A stretch of DNA of 37,315 bases from Pseudomonadota bacterium (GTDB lineage Bacteria; Myxococcota_A; UBA9160; UBA4427), in the NCBI GenBank assembly GCA_027295775.1, contig JAPUKG010000009.1, positions 1 to 37,315 on the forward strand, given 5' to 3'. Below the pieces are notes generated by a model. That model was not told the origin of the DNA, made no database searches, and worked only from the letters and a program-made list of their open reading frames with translations. How positions within the stretch are numbered: the stretch's first letter is position 1; every line of letters begins with the position of its first letter. Shown here one piece after another: positions 1 to 9,210 of this stretch. The translations under genes were made by a program, and so were the position numbers.

Positions 1-2
1 GT

Positions 3-68
3 TCAGCGCAGGCGTTCGGTGGCGCGGACGAGGCGGCTGGCGAGGATCTCGCTCAGGTTGGGGTAGAG
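3..68 (-). pseudogene. Orphan 3' gene fragment (LYPNLSEILASRLVRATERLR*), resembling the C-helix of a cNMP-binding domain protein
   Basis: Manual translation. TGA stop at 5..3. The frame is closed upstream by TAG at 119..117 with no ATG/GTG/TTG in between. The family resemblance is by eye only. Confidence 0.35.
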
Positions 69-156
69 CCCCGTGTAGGCTCTGATCCCCTCATTCGGTC
101 GTAGTGGACCGAATCGCTACTTCTCGGACCTAGCGGAATCGCAGCTTCTTCTTCCT

Positions 157-327
157 ATGTCCATCAACGTCGCCGGTCCCATCCCAGGCTTCGCCACCCT
201 GACCCTCCGCTTCGTCCCCCCGCCGGACGTGCTGCTGCTCGGCCTCTCCGCCGCGGCGGGGCTGGCCGTGGTCGGACGCCGCCGGCAGCGACGCTCGGCT
301 GCCCACGTGTTAGCGTCACGGCGGTGA
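157..327 (+). pseudogene. Degenerate PEP-CTERM-like sorting-signal fragment
   Basis: Frame +1 reads MSINVAGPIPGFATLTLRFVPPPDVLLLGLSAAAGLAVVGRRRQRR..., i.e. a VPEP-like motif, a TM helix and an Arg cluster. In-frame stops at 64 and 76 leave no room for a passenger domain. Confidence 0.5.
308..316 (+). promoter_or_regulatory. Extended -10 (TGnTAGCGT) 7 nt before the GTG start; probable leaderless promoter
   Basis: tgttagcgt-cacggcg-GTG, with no SD. Confidence 0.5.
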
Positions 328-1310
328 AAGCCATCGTCATCGACGAGCCCGGCGACGAGTCCGTCCTGCGGGTCGGCGACGCGGAGCGGCCGGAGCTGGT
401 GCCCGGGTCGATCCGCATCCGCGTTGCCGCCGCCGGCGTGAACCGCGCGGACCTGTTGCAGCGCCAGGGGCTCTACCCGTCGCCGCCCGGCGCCTCGGAC
501 GTGCTCGGCCTCGAGTGCGCCGGCGAGGTGATCGAGGTGGCCGACGACGTCTCGGCGTCGGACTGGAAGCCCGGCGACCGTGCCATGGCGCTCCTGCCGG
601 GCGGGGGCTACGCGGAGGAGGTGGTGGTCGACGCCGGGAGCGCGCTGCCCGTCCCCGAGCGGCTGTCCTTCGAGGAGGCGGCCGCGGTGCCCGAGGTGTT
701 CCTCACGGTCTACCTGAACGTCTTCGAGCTGGCCGCGTTTCCCGACGGCGGGGCGCTCCTGGTTCACGGCGGTGGCAGCGGCATCGGCACGGCGACGATC
801 CAGCTGGTGAAGGCGGCCGGCGGGGTGTGTGTGGTGACGGCCGGCTCGACCGAAAAGTGCGAGCGCTGTCTCGCCCTCGGAGCCGATGTGGCGGTGAACT
901 ACCGGACCGGGGACTTCGCCGCCGAGGCCCGCGAGGCCACGGGCGGGCGCGGCGTGGACGTGGTCCTGGACTCGATCGGGGCCCCGTACCTCGAGCCGAA
1001 CTTGAACGCCCTGGCCACGAGCGGACGGCTGGTACTGATCGGTCTGATGGGCGGGGCGAAGGCCGAGATCAACCTGGGCCTGCTCCTGGCCCGGCGACTC
1101 ACGGTGATCGGGTCCACCCTGCGGGCCCGGCCTGCGGCGGAGAAGGCGCGCATCGCCGCCGGGTTCCGCGACCGCTTTGGCCGGGATCTGGAGTCCGGCC
1201 GGATCGCCCCCACGCTGGACCGGGTCCTGCCCCTGGATGCCGCCCCCGAGGCCCACCGCGCCATGAAGGCGAGCGAGCACTTCGGCAAGATCGTCCTGCG
1301 CATCGCCTGA
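324..1310 (+). CDS. NAD(P)H:quinone oxidoreductase, PIG3/zeta-crystallin (MDR) family
   Basis: [36 protein letters not shown]-binding motif, C-terminal HFGKIVL. Confidence 0.93.
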   Translation: MKAIVIDEPGDESVLRVGDAERPELVPGSIRIRVAAAGVNRADLLQRQGLYPSPPGASDVLGLECAGEVIEVADDVSASDWKPGDRAMALLPGGGYAEEVVVDAGSALPVPERLSFEEAAAVPEVFLTVYLNVFELAAFPDGGALLVHGGGSGIGTATIQLVKAAGGVCVVTAGSTEKCERCLALGADVAVNYRTGDFAAEAREATGGRGVDVVLDSIGAPYLEPNLNALATSGRLVLIGLMGGAKAEINLGLLLARRLTVIGSTLRARPAAEKARIAAGFRDRFGRDLESGRIAPTLDRVLPLDAAPEAHRAMKASEHFGKIVLRIA

Positions 1311-1365
1311 AAGGCAGAGCCTCCGGGCTGGGCTAGGCTCCGCCCTCCGAAGATCAGGAGGGACG

Positions 1366-1806
1366 ATGGCGGAACTGCAGCGGACGCTGGCGATCGTCAA
1401 GCCGGACGCGGTCGCGGCCGGCGCCACCGGCGAGATCCTGCGCCGGATCGAGGAGAAGGGCCTGCGTATCGTCGGTTTGAAGCGCTTGCAGCTGAGCGAG
1501 CAGCTCGCCCGCGGCTTCTACGCCGTCCACAAGGAGCGGCCCTTCTACGGCGACCTGGTGAAGTTCATGACGTCGAGCCCGGTCGTGGTGGTCGCCCTCG
1601 AGGGAGACGACGCGATCGCGCGCTGGCGGGATCTGATGGGTCCGACCAACTCGACCGAGGCGCCCGCGGGCACCATTCGTGGCGACTTCGGCACCGACGT
1701 GGAGCGCAACGCCTCCCACGGCTCCGATGCCCCCGAGACCGCGAAGGTCGAGCTCGCCTACTTCTTCAACGCGACCGAAATCCAGGGTCCGGTCGAGGCC
1801 CTGTAG
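1366..1806 (+). CDS. ndk: Nucleoside diphosphate kinase
   Basis: [26 protein letters not shown] catalytic His motif; AGGAGG SD. Confidence 0.98.
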   Translation: MAELQRTLAIVKPDAVAAGATGEILRRIEEKGLRIVGLKRLQLSEQLARGFYAVHKERPFYGDLVKFMTSSPVVVVALEGDDAIARWRDLMGPTNSTEAPAGTIRGDFGTDVERNASHGSDAPETAKVELAYFFNATEIQGPVEAL

Positions 1807-1894
1807 AGCGCAACGTCGGAGAGGCAGTGCCTGGAGAGTTGCGTCCCGGCGAACCCGGGACACCTCCGCCCAGTGCCCGCAAGCGAGCGCCAGA

Positions 1895-1981
1895 CTACGC
1901 GTAGGTGCGGGCGATGAGAAGCAGGATGCCGACGTAGCCGACCGAGAGCCAGAGGTTCTGGTTCTTGATTGCGCGGGTCAC
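1895..1981 (-). CDS. 28-aa small single-TM protein MTRAIKNQNLWLSVGYVGILLLIARTYA (not in the ORF track)
   Basis: GTG at 1981 with AAGGGGGGAG SD 5 nt upstream, TAG at 1897..1895, GC3-rich codons, hydrophobic core. Confidence 0.65.
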   Translation of the reverse strand: MTRAIKNQNLWLSVGYVGILLLIARTYA

Positions 1982-2118
1982 GAGGTCTCCCCCCTTGTTG
2001 GCCTCGTGCGGGGCGCCGGCAAGTTACCGGGCGCGGCGAGGAACCGTAAGGTCTCTTTCGAAAAGAACTCCCGGGACTTTAGGTACTTTAACGACTCGTC
2101 CTGGTTTCGCCCGGGTTT

Positions 2119-2134
2119 CGTGACCCGGGTCACA
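2119..2134. promoter_or_regulatory. CRP/FNR-family-like operator CGTGA-N6-TCACA (contains the perfect palindrome GTGACCCGGGTCAC)
   Basis: 9/10 match to TGTGA-N6-TCACA; intergenic, upstream of the small ORF. Confidence 0.4.
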
Positions 2135-2144
2135 CCGGAGCGAG

Positions 2145-2963
2145 TCAGCGCCCGCGGAAGCGGGGCTCGCGGCGTTCGCGAGCGGCGGTCAGCCCCTCGC
2201 GTACGTCGGCGGTCTCGAAGCACGCGGCCTGCTCGGTGGCTTCGAAGCTGAGCTGGTCCTCGAGGGAGACGTCGGCGCTCCTGCGCAGGGCCCGCTTCAC
2301 CGCTCGCACGGCCACCGGGGCGCTCCCGGCGATCTCCTGCGCCAGCTCCAGAGCCGTGGACAGGACCTTCTCGCGCTCGACGGCGCGGTTCACCAGGCCC
2401 AGCCGGGCGGCCTCCGCACCCAGGATGATGCGCCCCGTGTAGAGGAGCTCGGCGGCCAGGGCCGGTCCCACGATGCGCGGCACGGTCCAGGTGGCGGCCA
2501 TGCCCGGGTGCAGGCCGAGCCGCGTGAAGTTGAGTCCGACCTTGGCGTCCTCGGCGACCACCCGCAGGTCACAGGCCAGTGCCACGCAGAAGCCGGCGCC
2601 AATGGCGTGTCCGTTGATGGCGGCAACGGTGGGGCAGGGCAGGTCCCGAACCGAGAGAAAGAGCTTGTAGAACGAGCGCATCTGGTCGCGGATGCGCAGC
2701 CGCGCGACACCCGGAGCCGCCGCGCCCTGGTCGGCGCGGCCGCCGATCATGCCCAGGTCGCCACCGGCAGAGAAGGCCCGGCCGTGGCCGGTCAGCACCA
2801 CGGCGCGCAGGTCGGGGTCCTGGGCCAGGCCGACGACCCGGGCCTGGAAGGCCTCGCCCATGGCCTGGGTCATCGCGTTCAGGCGCTCGGGGAGGTGCAA
2901 CGTGAGCGTGACGACGTGGCCGTCGCGCGACTCGAGGACGAGGTCTTCGGGGGATTCGGACAT
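2145..2963 (-). CDS. Enoyl-CoA hydratase/isomerase (crotonase) family protein
   Basis: AFSAGGDL, AAINGHAIGAG, ACDLR motifs. Start reassigned to ATG 2963 (MSESPEDL), preceded by TAGTCT-N7. Confidence 0.93.
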   Translation of the reverse strand: MSESPEDLVLESRDGHVVTLTLHLPERLNAMTQAMGEAFQARVVGLAQDPDLRAVVLTGHGRAFSAGGDLGMIGGRADQGAAAPGVARLRIRDQMRSFYKLFLSVRDLPCPTVAAINGHAIGAGFCVALACDLRVVAEDAKVGLNFTRLGLHPGMAATWTVPRIVGPALAAELLYTGRIILGAEAARLGLVNRAVEREKVLSTALELAQEIAGSAPVAVRAVKRALRRSADVSLEDQLSFEATEQAACFETADVREGLTAARERREPRFRGR

Positions 2964-3031
2964 GAGCACGAGACTAGCGGACGCTCGGGGGTCCCTGCCT
3001 GGGCCAGGCCGAGCGAAGCGCAGAAGACCGA

Positions 3032-3057
3032 GGGCGCCTGCCACGCGGCAGGCGCCC
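3032..3057 (-). terminator. 11-bp stem-loop downstream of ftsZ (probable dcw terminator)
   Basis: gggcgcctgcc-acgc-ggcaggcgccc perfect inverted repeat; weak U-tract. Confidence 0.65.
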
Positions 3058-3085
3058 CCCTCTTGCGCACTTCTGACCGAACTCG

Positions 3086-4462
3086 TTAGTCCTGGGCACG
3101 CCTCAGGAAGGCCGGCTCTTCCCGGTCCTCTTCGTCCGAATCCGCCGTGCGGCGCCGGATGAAGGCGGGCACGTCGAACTCGTCCTCCTCGAAGGGTGAG
3201 TCGATGCCCCCGGCCGGGCCTGCCCGCTCGGGCTGCCGGGCCGTCTCGGCGTGGCGCGAGGCCGCGGCGGCCGGGCTGGGCGCCTCCCGCTCCCCGGGCG
3301 CCGGGTCCGGGTGCAGAGCCCGCACCACGGGACCGAACTCCTCGTCGTGGCGCGACCGCCCGCGGTGGGCGTGGCCGTCGCTCAGGCCCGTGGCGATCAC
3401 GGTCACCCGCATCTCGCCACTGGGCATGTCCTCGTCGAGGACAGCGCCGAAGATGATGTTCGCCTCCTCGTGCGCCGCCTCCTGCACCAGAGTGGATGCC
3501 TCGTTCACCTCGAACAGCGTCATGTCCTCGCCGCCCGTGATGTTGATCAGCACGCCCCGGGCCCCCTCGATGGAGAGGTCCTCGAGCAACGGGCTCGAGA
3601 TCGCCGCGCGCGCCGCGTCCGCCGCGCGCGTGTCCCCGTTGCCCGTTCCCGTCCCCATCATGGCCACGCCCGCCTCGTTCATCACGGTGCGCACGTCGGC
3701 GAAGTCCAGGTTGATCAGGCCGTGGATCGTGATCAGGTCCGAGATGCCGCGCACCGCGTTCAGCAGGACATCGTCCGCCAGCTTGAAGGCCTCCATGATC
3801 CCGGTCTGCTTGCCCGCCAGGGCGAGCAGGCGCTGGTTCGGGATCGTGATGAGGGTGTCCACCGTCTGGTGGAGCTCCTCGATGCCGCGCTCGCAGTGCC
3901 GCGCCCGGACCTTCCCCTCGAAGGCGAACGGCTTGGTCACCACACCCACGGTGAGGGCACCGACCTCCCTCGCCACCTCCGCGATGATGGGCGCAGCGCC
4001 GGTCCCGGTGCCGCCCCCCATGCCCGCGGTCACGAACACCATGTCCGTGCCCTCGAGCAGCTCGTGCAGCCTGTCGCGGGCCTCCAGCGCCGAGGCGCGG
4101 CCCTTCTCGGGATTGGCCCCGCAGCCCAGGCCCCGCGTCACCTGGGCCCCGAGCTGCACCTTGATCGGGGCCTCGTTGTGCTGGAGCGCCTGGGCGTCCG
4201 TGTTGGCGGCGATGAACTCCACTCCGGAGAGACCGGACTGGATCATCGTGCGCAGTGCGTTGCCGCCTCCGCCGCCGACGCCCACCACCTTGATGATCGC
4301 CCTCTGGCGGGACGAGCCCTCGAACTCGAGCAGGTCGTCTCCGCCCGGATCGCCGTCCGACCCGATGTCCAGCAGGTCGACGGTCTCCTCGAACTCCACC
4401 TGGCGCCGCCCGGTCCCGGACGTCCGCCGATCGCCTCTGCGGCGACTGTCACGCTTGGTCAT
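3086..4462 (-). CDS. ftsZ: Cell division protein FtsZ
   Basis: [18 protein letters not shown] tubulin signature, NLDFADV, C-terminal PAFLRR. Confidence 0.99.
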   Translation of the reverse strand: MTKRDSRRRGDRRTSGTGRRQVEFEETVDLLDIGSDGDPGGDDLLEFEGSSRQRAIIKVVGVGGGGGNALRTMIQSGLSGVEFIAANTDAQALQHNEAPIKVQLGAQVTRGLGCGANPEKGRASALEARDRLHELLEGTDMVFVTAGMGGGTGTGAAPIIAEVAREVGALTVGVVTKPFAFEGKVRARHCERGIEELHQTVDTLITIPNQRLLALAGKQTGIMEAFKLADDVLLNAVRGISDLITIHGLINLDFADVRTVMNEAGVAMMGTGTGNGDTRAADAARAAISSPLLEDLSIEGARGVLINITGGEDMTLFEVNEASTLVQEAAHEEANIIFGAVLDEDMPSGEMRVTVIATGLSDGHAHRGRSRHDEEFGPVVRALHPDPAPGEREAPSPAAAASRHAETARQPERAGPAGGIDSPFEEDEFDVPAFIRRRTADSDEEDREEPAFLRRAQD

Positions 4463-4603
4463 CTCTCACCCCCCAAAAAATACGGTCCCGGTCACGATCC
4501 CCATCTGATCGCGCGGGAATGGTACATGAAAACGGTGTTTTTGTGCGGTTGATTTCTCGCAACATCGACACTCAACACCCCGATTTGACTAGGCTCTGGC
4601 TGC

Positions 4604-5842
4604 TCAATCGAACTCGCTGTAGAACCAGTCGCGCATCCGCTGCTTGACCCGGCCGAAGATCGACTCGTCCCGGATCCGGAAGCGGCTGCCGCGCTCCGTG
4701 CGGCTCTGCTGGGCGCCGAAGAGCACGAGCCCTACGCCCGTGGCGTACATGGGGCTGCGGACCACGTCCTGGAGGCCGCCGATGTGCATGGGCAATCCCC
4801 GCCGGACCGGGCCCTCGAAGATCTCCTCCGCCAGCTCCGCCATGCCGTCGAGAGCCGAGGCGCCCCCGGTCAGCACCACCCCGGACGGGATGCGATCCTC
4901 CAGCCCCGCCTTGCTGAGCTCCTGGCGGGCCAGGGACAGGATCTCCTCCACCCGGGGCTCGATGATCTCGCACAGGATCTTGCGCGAGATCTCCCGCGGC
5001 CGGCGGCCGCCCACGCTCGGCACCGTGATCACGTCGTCGCTGGCCAGGTAGCGCGTCGACGCCACACCGAACTTCTTCTTGATCCGTTCGGCTTCGTCGA
5101 AGGGCGTGCGCAGACCCACGGCGATGTCGTTGGTCACGTGCGCTCCGCCCAGACCCAGCACCGCCGTGTTCTTGATCGAGCCGTCGGCGAACACCGCGAT
5201 GTCCGTGGTGCCGCCGCCGATGTCGAGCATGCACACGCCCAGGTCGCGCTCGTCGCCGGCGAGCACCGCCTGGGCGGAGGCCAGCGGCTCGAGCACGATG
5301 TCCACCACGTTGAGGCCCGCCTTGTTGGCGCACTTCACGATGTTGTGGGCGCTGGTGACGGCGGCGGTGACGATGTGGATCTTCGCCTCCAGCCGTACGC
5401 CGCTCATGCCCAATGGCTCGCGGATGCCGTCCTGGTCATCGATGACGAACTCCTGCGGGATCACGTGGATGACCTCGCGGTCCATCGGGATGGCGACGGC
5501 CTTGGCGGCGTCGATGACGCGCTTGACGTCGCTCTCGGTCACCTCCCGGTCCTTCACAGCCACGACCCCGTGACTGTTGAAGCCCCGAATGTGCCCCCCG
5601 GCGATCCCTGCATAGACCGACGTGATCTCGTAGTCCGCCATCAGCTCCGCCTCCTCCACGACGTGCTTGATGGAGCGGACCGTGGCGTCGATATCGACCA
5701 CCACCCCCTTGCGCAGACCTCGCGACGGATGGGTTCCAATGCCCACCACGTCGACTCCGTTCTCCGTTCTCTCCGCCACCACGGCGCAGATCTTGGTCGT
5801 CCCGATGTCGAGTCCGACAATCAGGTCTTCATTGCGTGACAT
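4604..5842 (-). CDS. ftsA: Cell division protein FtsA
   Basis: GLDIGTTKI, DIGGGTTD, VLTGG motifs; start at ATG 5842 with SD. Confidence 0.99.
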   Translation of the reverse strand: MSRNEDLIVGLDIGTTKICAVVAERTENGVDVVGIGTHPSRGLRKGVVVDIDATVRSIKHVVEEAELMADYEITSVYAGIAGGHIRGFNSHGVVAVKDREVTESDVKRVIDAAKAVAIPMDREVIHVIPQEFVIDDQDGIREPLGMSGVRLEAKIHIVTAAVTSAHNIVKCANKAGLNVVDIVLEPLASAQAVLAGDERDLGVCMLDIGGGTTDIAVFADGSIKNTAVLGLGGAHVTNDIAVGLRTPFDEAERIKKKFGVASTRYLASDDVITVPSVGGRRPREISRKILCEIIEPRVEEILSLARQELSKAGLEDRIPSGVVLTGGASALDGMAELAEEIFEGPVRRGLPMHIGGLQDVVRSPMYATGVGLVLFGAQQSRTERGSRFRIRDESIFGRVKQRMRDWFYSEFD

Positions 5843-5940
5843 GCTCTCTCTCACCCCCCAGTGAATGACCGCCGGCTCCGCCGGCGACCCGATTTGGGCG
5901 CAGCAGCGCTTCCGCGCGACAACGCCACTTTTTGTCCTGC

Positions 5941-6861
5941 TCATCTCGAGCCGGACTTCCCCCCATTTCCGGCCGGACGGAGGACCGCCCGGTCCCGAAA
6001 GCGCAGATCCACACGCGCACTCCTGCGCACCGCATCCAGGTCGGTGCGCAGGAGCGCGGACAGCCGATCGAGGCGCGCACCGAGCTGGCCGTCGCCCGCG
6101 CCGAGGACCGCGATCCGGGGCGGCGTGCGCCGCTGGAGGACCCAGCCCTCGGCGGGATTCTCGGATTGGGGCAGCTGCAGCGCCTCGAGCTCGCCGATGC
6201 CCCGCCGCCGCAGCTCTTCCGCCAGGGCGACGGCCTCGGCGAGCACCGGGTCCGGCTCGCCGGTCGGCAGCGACTCGCTGCTGCGCAACACCGGGAGCTC
6301 GCTGGTCTCGTCCTCGGCCAGGGGCGCGAAGGGCGTTCCGCTGCCATCGACGAAGCGCCGCTCCGCGCTGCCCGACTGGACCAGGACGGCGCGGGGCTTG
6401 CGCTCGGTCACCCGCACCCAGAGCCGGCCGGAGGGCGCGGCCATCACCGCGGCACTCTCGATCCAGTCGTGCTCAGCCAGCCGCGCCTCCATCTCGCCCG
6501 GCTCGAGTTCTCCGAGCGGCGCGCCGGGCTCGAGCCCGGTGGCGAGCGCCACCTGATCGGCGCGGAGGCGCTCGTGACCCTGGACCGCGATCGACGTGAC
6601 CCGCGTGGGGGCGCCGCCCGCCCCCATCCCCGTTCCAGTGGTCGCCCAGCGGAACAGGATCGGCGCCAGCAACATGCCCAGCGCGAGCGAGCCCGCGAAG
6701 AGCCCCGCGGCGTGCAGCCGCTGGCGCCAGAGGCCCGGCGCCGGCCGGTTCGTCTTCTGGCGCCGCTCGAGGTGGGCGCGCGCCCGCGACCTGCGCTCCC
6801 GGGCGTTGCGCTCGAAGCGGGTGATGCGGGCCTTCGAACGCGTCCAGCGCGTACTCGTCAT
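5941..6861 (-). CDS. ftsQ: Cell division protein FtsQ/DivIB
   Basis: Basic N-terminus, TM segment, POTRA region (WIESA..V.ER.P), C-terminal VDLRF; ATGA overlap with the murB stop. Confidence 0.9.
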   Translation of the reverse strand: MTSTRWTRSKARITRFERNARERRSRARAHLERRQKTNRPAPGLWRQRLHAAGLFAGSLALGMLLAPILFRWATTGTGMGAGGAPTRVTSIAVQGHERLRADQVALATGLEPGAPLGELEPGEMEARLAEHDWIESAAVMAAPSGRLWVRVTERKPRAVLVQSGSAERRFVDGSGTPFAPLAEDETSELPVLRSSESLPTGEPDPVLAEAVALAEELRRRGIGELEALQLPQSENPAEGWVLQRRTPPRIAVLGAGDGQLGARLDRLSALLRTDLDAVRRSARVDLRFRDRAVLRPAGNGGKSGSR

Positions 6862-7775
6862 GATTCCCTCCCGACGATCTTCACTTCCGGCACCAGGCGG
6901 ATCCCGCTGGAGAGCTCCACCTCTCGCTGTGCCCGCCGGATCAGGGCCAGTACGTCGGCCGCCCGTGCTCCCGGCTGCGTCGCGATGAAGTTGGCGTGCA
7001 CGGTGGAGATCTGGGCGCCGCCTTCGACCGCGCCCTTCATCCCGGCTGCCTCGATCAGGCGTCCCGCGTAGTCGCCTGGCGGGTTGCGGAAGACCGAGCC
7101 ACAGGACGGAACGTTCAGGGGCTGGCTCCCGGCCCGCGCCTCGAGCAGACGATCCACCTCGGCCTTCACCTGCGCGGGCTCGGCCAGGCTCACCGCGAGC
7201 AGCACCGACACGATCACCGAGCCCGGAGCCAGGCCGCGGAGCCCGCGATAGCCGAAGCACAGGCGTCCGCCGGCCAGGTGCCGTCGCCGCCGGCCGGTCG
7301 GGCTCATCACCTCGACCTCGCGCACGACGTCCACGACCTCTCGCGTGCCGATGCCGGCGTTCATCGCCACCCAGCCGCCGACGGTGCCGGGGATGCCCGC
7401 CGCGAACTCGAGCCCCGACAGTCCGCGGGTGGTGCAGAAGCGGGTCACGCTGCCGTGGGACACACCGGCCTCCGCGCGCAGCGCGCGGTCCGGTCGCTCT
7501 TCGAGCCGGCGCAGACCCCGGGTGTGGATGGCGACGCCCGGCAAGCCGCCGTCCAGGACCAGGGTGTTGAAGCCCGCGCCGAGGACGCAGTGGGGAAGGC
7601 CGTGCTTGGCGCATGCTCGGAGCAGAGCGCCCAGCTCGTGCCGGTCGGCCGGGGTCGCCACCACATCCGCTGGGCCGCCCACCCGCATCGAGGTGTAGCG
7701 GGACATGGGCACGTCGAAAGCGACCCGATCGCCCAGCACCTCTTCCAGCGCCGCCCGTGCCTCGCGCCTCATCAC
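6858..7775 (-). CDS. murB: UDP-N-acetylmuramate dehydrogenase
   Basis: RVGGPAD, GIPGTVGG..MNAG, SCGSVFRNP, HANFI. Confidence 0.97.
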   Translation of the reverse strand: MMRREARAALEEVLGDRVAFDVPMSRYTSMRVGGPADVVATPADRHELGALLRACAKHGLPHCVLGAGFNTLVLDGGLPGVAIHTRGLRRLEERPDRALRAEAGVSHGSVTRFCTTRGLSGLEFAAGIPGTVGGWVAMNAGIGTREVVDVVREVEVMSPTGRRRRHLAGGRLCFGYRGLRGLAPGSVIVSVLLAVSLAEPAQVKAEVDRLLEARAGSQPLNVPSCGSVFRNPPGDYAGRLIEAAGMKGAVEGGAQISTVHANFIATQPGARAADVLALIRRAQREVELSSGIRLVPEVKIVGRES

Positions 7776-9205
7776 GATTCAGCCTTCTGAACTTCGTTCG
7801 CCTTCGGCTCACTGCGCGCCCTCCGGGCTTGCAGGGCCTCCAGCAGCCGCGGTCCGAGACCCGAGATCGAGCCCGCGCCGAGGGTGATCACCAGGTCCCC
7901 CTCGCGGAGCTCGCCGGGGAGCTGCTCGACCACGGCGTCGAGGTCGGCGATCAGGCGGGCGTCCCGGTGCCCGTGGGCGCGGATGGCGTCGACCAGCGGC
8001 GCCGCCTCGACGCCGGAGATCTTGGGCTCGCCGGCGCTGTAGATCTCGGTCACGACCAGCAGATCCGCGTCGTTGAAGGCGGTGGTGAACTCGTCGAACA
8101 GGTCCCGGGTGCGCGTGTAGCGGTGCGGCTGGAAGATCACCGCCAGCCGACCCGAGTGGGCCGCGCGGGCCGCCGCCAGCGTCGCTCGGATCTCGGCCGG
8201 GTGGTGCCCGTAGTCGTCGATCACCTGCACTCCCCGCGCGCTCCCCTTCGACTCGAAGCGGCGCTCGATGCCGACGAAGCTCTCGAGGGCGGCGCTGGCC
8301 GTCGCGAACGCAACGTCGAGCTCGAGCGCCACGGCCAGGGTGGCCAGCGCGTTCTCCACATTGTGCCGGCCGGGCATCCGGATCCGAACCAGTCCCAGAT
8401 CGCGCCCCGCCTGGGAGACGCGGAAGCGCATGCCGAAGCGGTCGTCGGTCCGAACGTCGCTCGCGACCAGGTCGGCCTGGGGACTGAAGCCGTAGGTGGT
8501 ATGGCGCCGCTCGAGCCGCGGCAGGATTGCCTGCACACCTGGATGGTCCAGACACAGAACGGCTGCGCCCCAGAAGGGGACGTGATTGGCGAACTCGGCG
8601 AAGGCGTCGCGCAGCGCGCCGATCGTTCCGTAGTGATCGAGGTGCTCGGAGTCGATGTTCGTGACCACTGCGATCACCGGCGTCAGGCGCAGGAAGGAGC
8701 CGTCGCTCTCGTCCGCCTCCGCCACCAGGAGGTCTCCGCGGCCCAGCCGCGCGCCGGTGGGGTCGCTGCTGCTCGAGAGCACGCGGCCGCCGATGACCGC
8801 TGTGGGGTCCAGTCCCGCCGCGTCCAGCACGTGGGCGATGAGCGAGGTGGTGGTGGTCTTGCCGTGGCTCCCCGCGATGGCGATGCCGTCCTTGAGCCGC
8901 ATCATCTCCGCCAGCATCTCGGCGCGCGGGATCACGGGGATCTTGCGGCGCCGCGCCTCCTGCAGCTCGGGGTTGGTCGGGCGGATCGCCGACGAGTAGA
9001 CCAGGACGTCGGCCTCGCCCAGGTTGTCCTCCGCGTGACCGACCACCACGGGGATGCCGAGGGCGCGCAGGCGCTCCACCGTGTCATCCTCGCGCAGGTC
9101 CGAGCCGCTCACGCCGTAGCCCTGGTCGTGGAGCAGCTCGGCCAGACCGCACATGCCGATCCCGCCAATGCCCACGAAGTGAACGCGCCGGATGCGTCGG
9201 TACAT
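7772..9205 (-). CDS. murC: UDP-N-acetylmuramate--L-alanine ligase
   Basis: HFVGIGGIGM, GSHGKTTTT, EADESD, DDYGHHP. Confidence 0.98.
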   Translation of the reverse strand: MYRRIRRVHFVGIGGIGMCGLAELLHDQGYGVSGSDLREDDTVERLRALGIPVVVGHAEDNLGEADVLVYSSAIRPTNPELQEARRRKIPVIPRAEMLAEMMRLKDGIAIAGSHGKTTTTSLIAHVLDAAGLDPTAVIGGRVLSSSSDPTGARLGRGDLLVAEADESDGSFLRLTPVIAVVTNIDSEHLDHYGTIGALRDAFAEFANHVPFWGAAVLCLDHPGVQAILPRLERRHTTYGFSPQADLVASDVRTDDRFGMRFRVSQAGRDLGLVRIRMPGRHNVENALATLAVALELDVAFATASAALESFVGIERRFESKGSARGVQVIDDYGHHPAEIRATLAAARAAHSGRLAVIFQPHRYTRTRDLFDEFTTAFNDADLLVVTEIYSAGEPKISGVEAAPLVDAIRAHGHRDARLIADLDAVVEQLPGELREGDLVITLGAGSISGLGPRLLEALQARRARSEPKANEVQKAES

Positions 9206-9210
9206 TTCCG

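Noticed and set aside
5941-7812. 623-aa FtsQ with a long N-terminal extension
   Set aside because: The extension is an off-frame read of murB; the real start is 6861.
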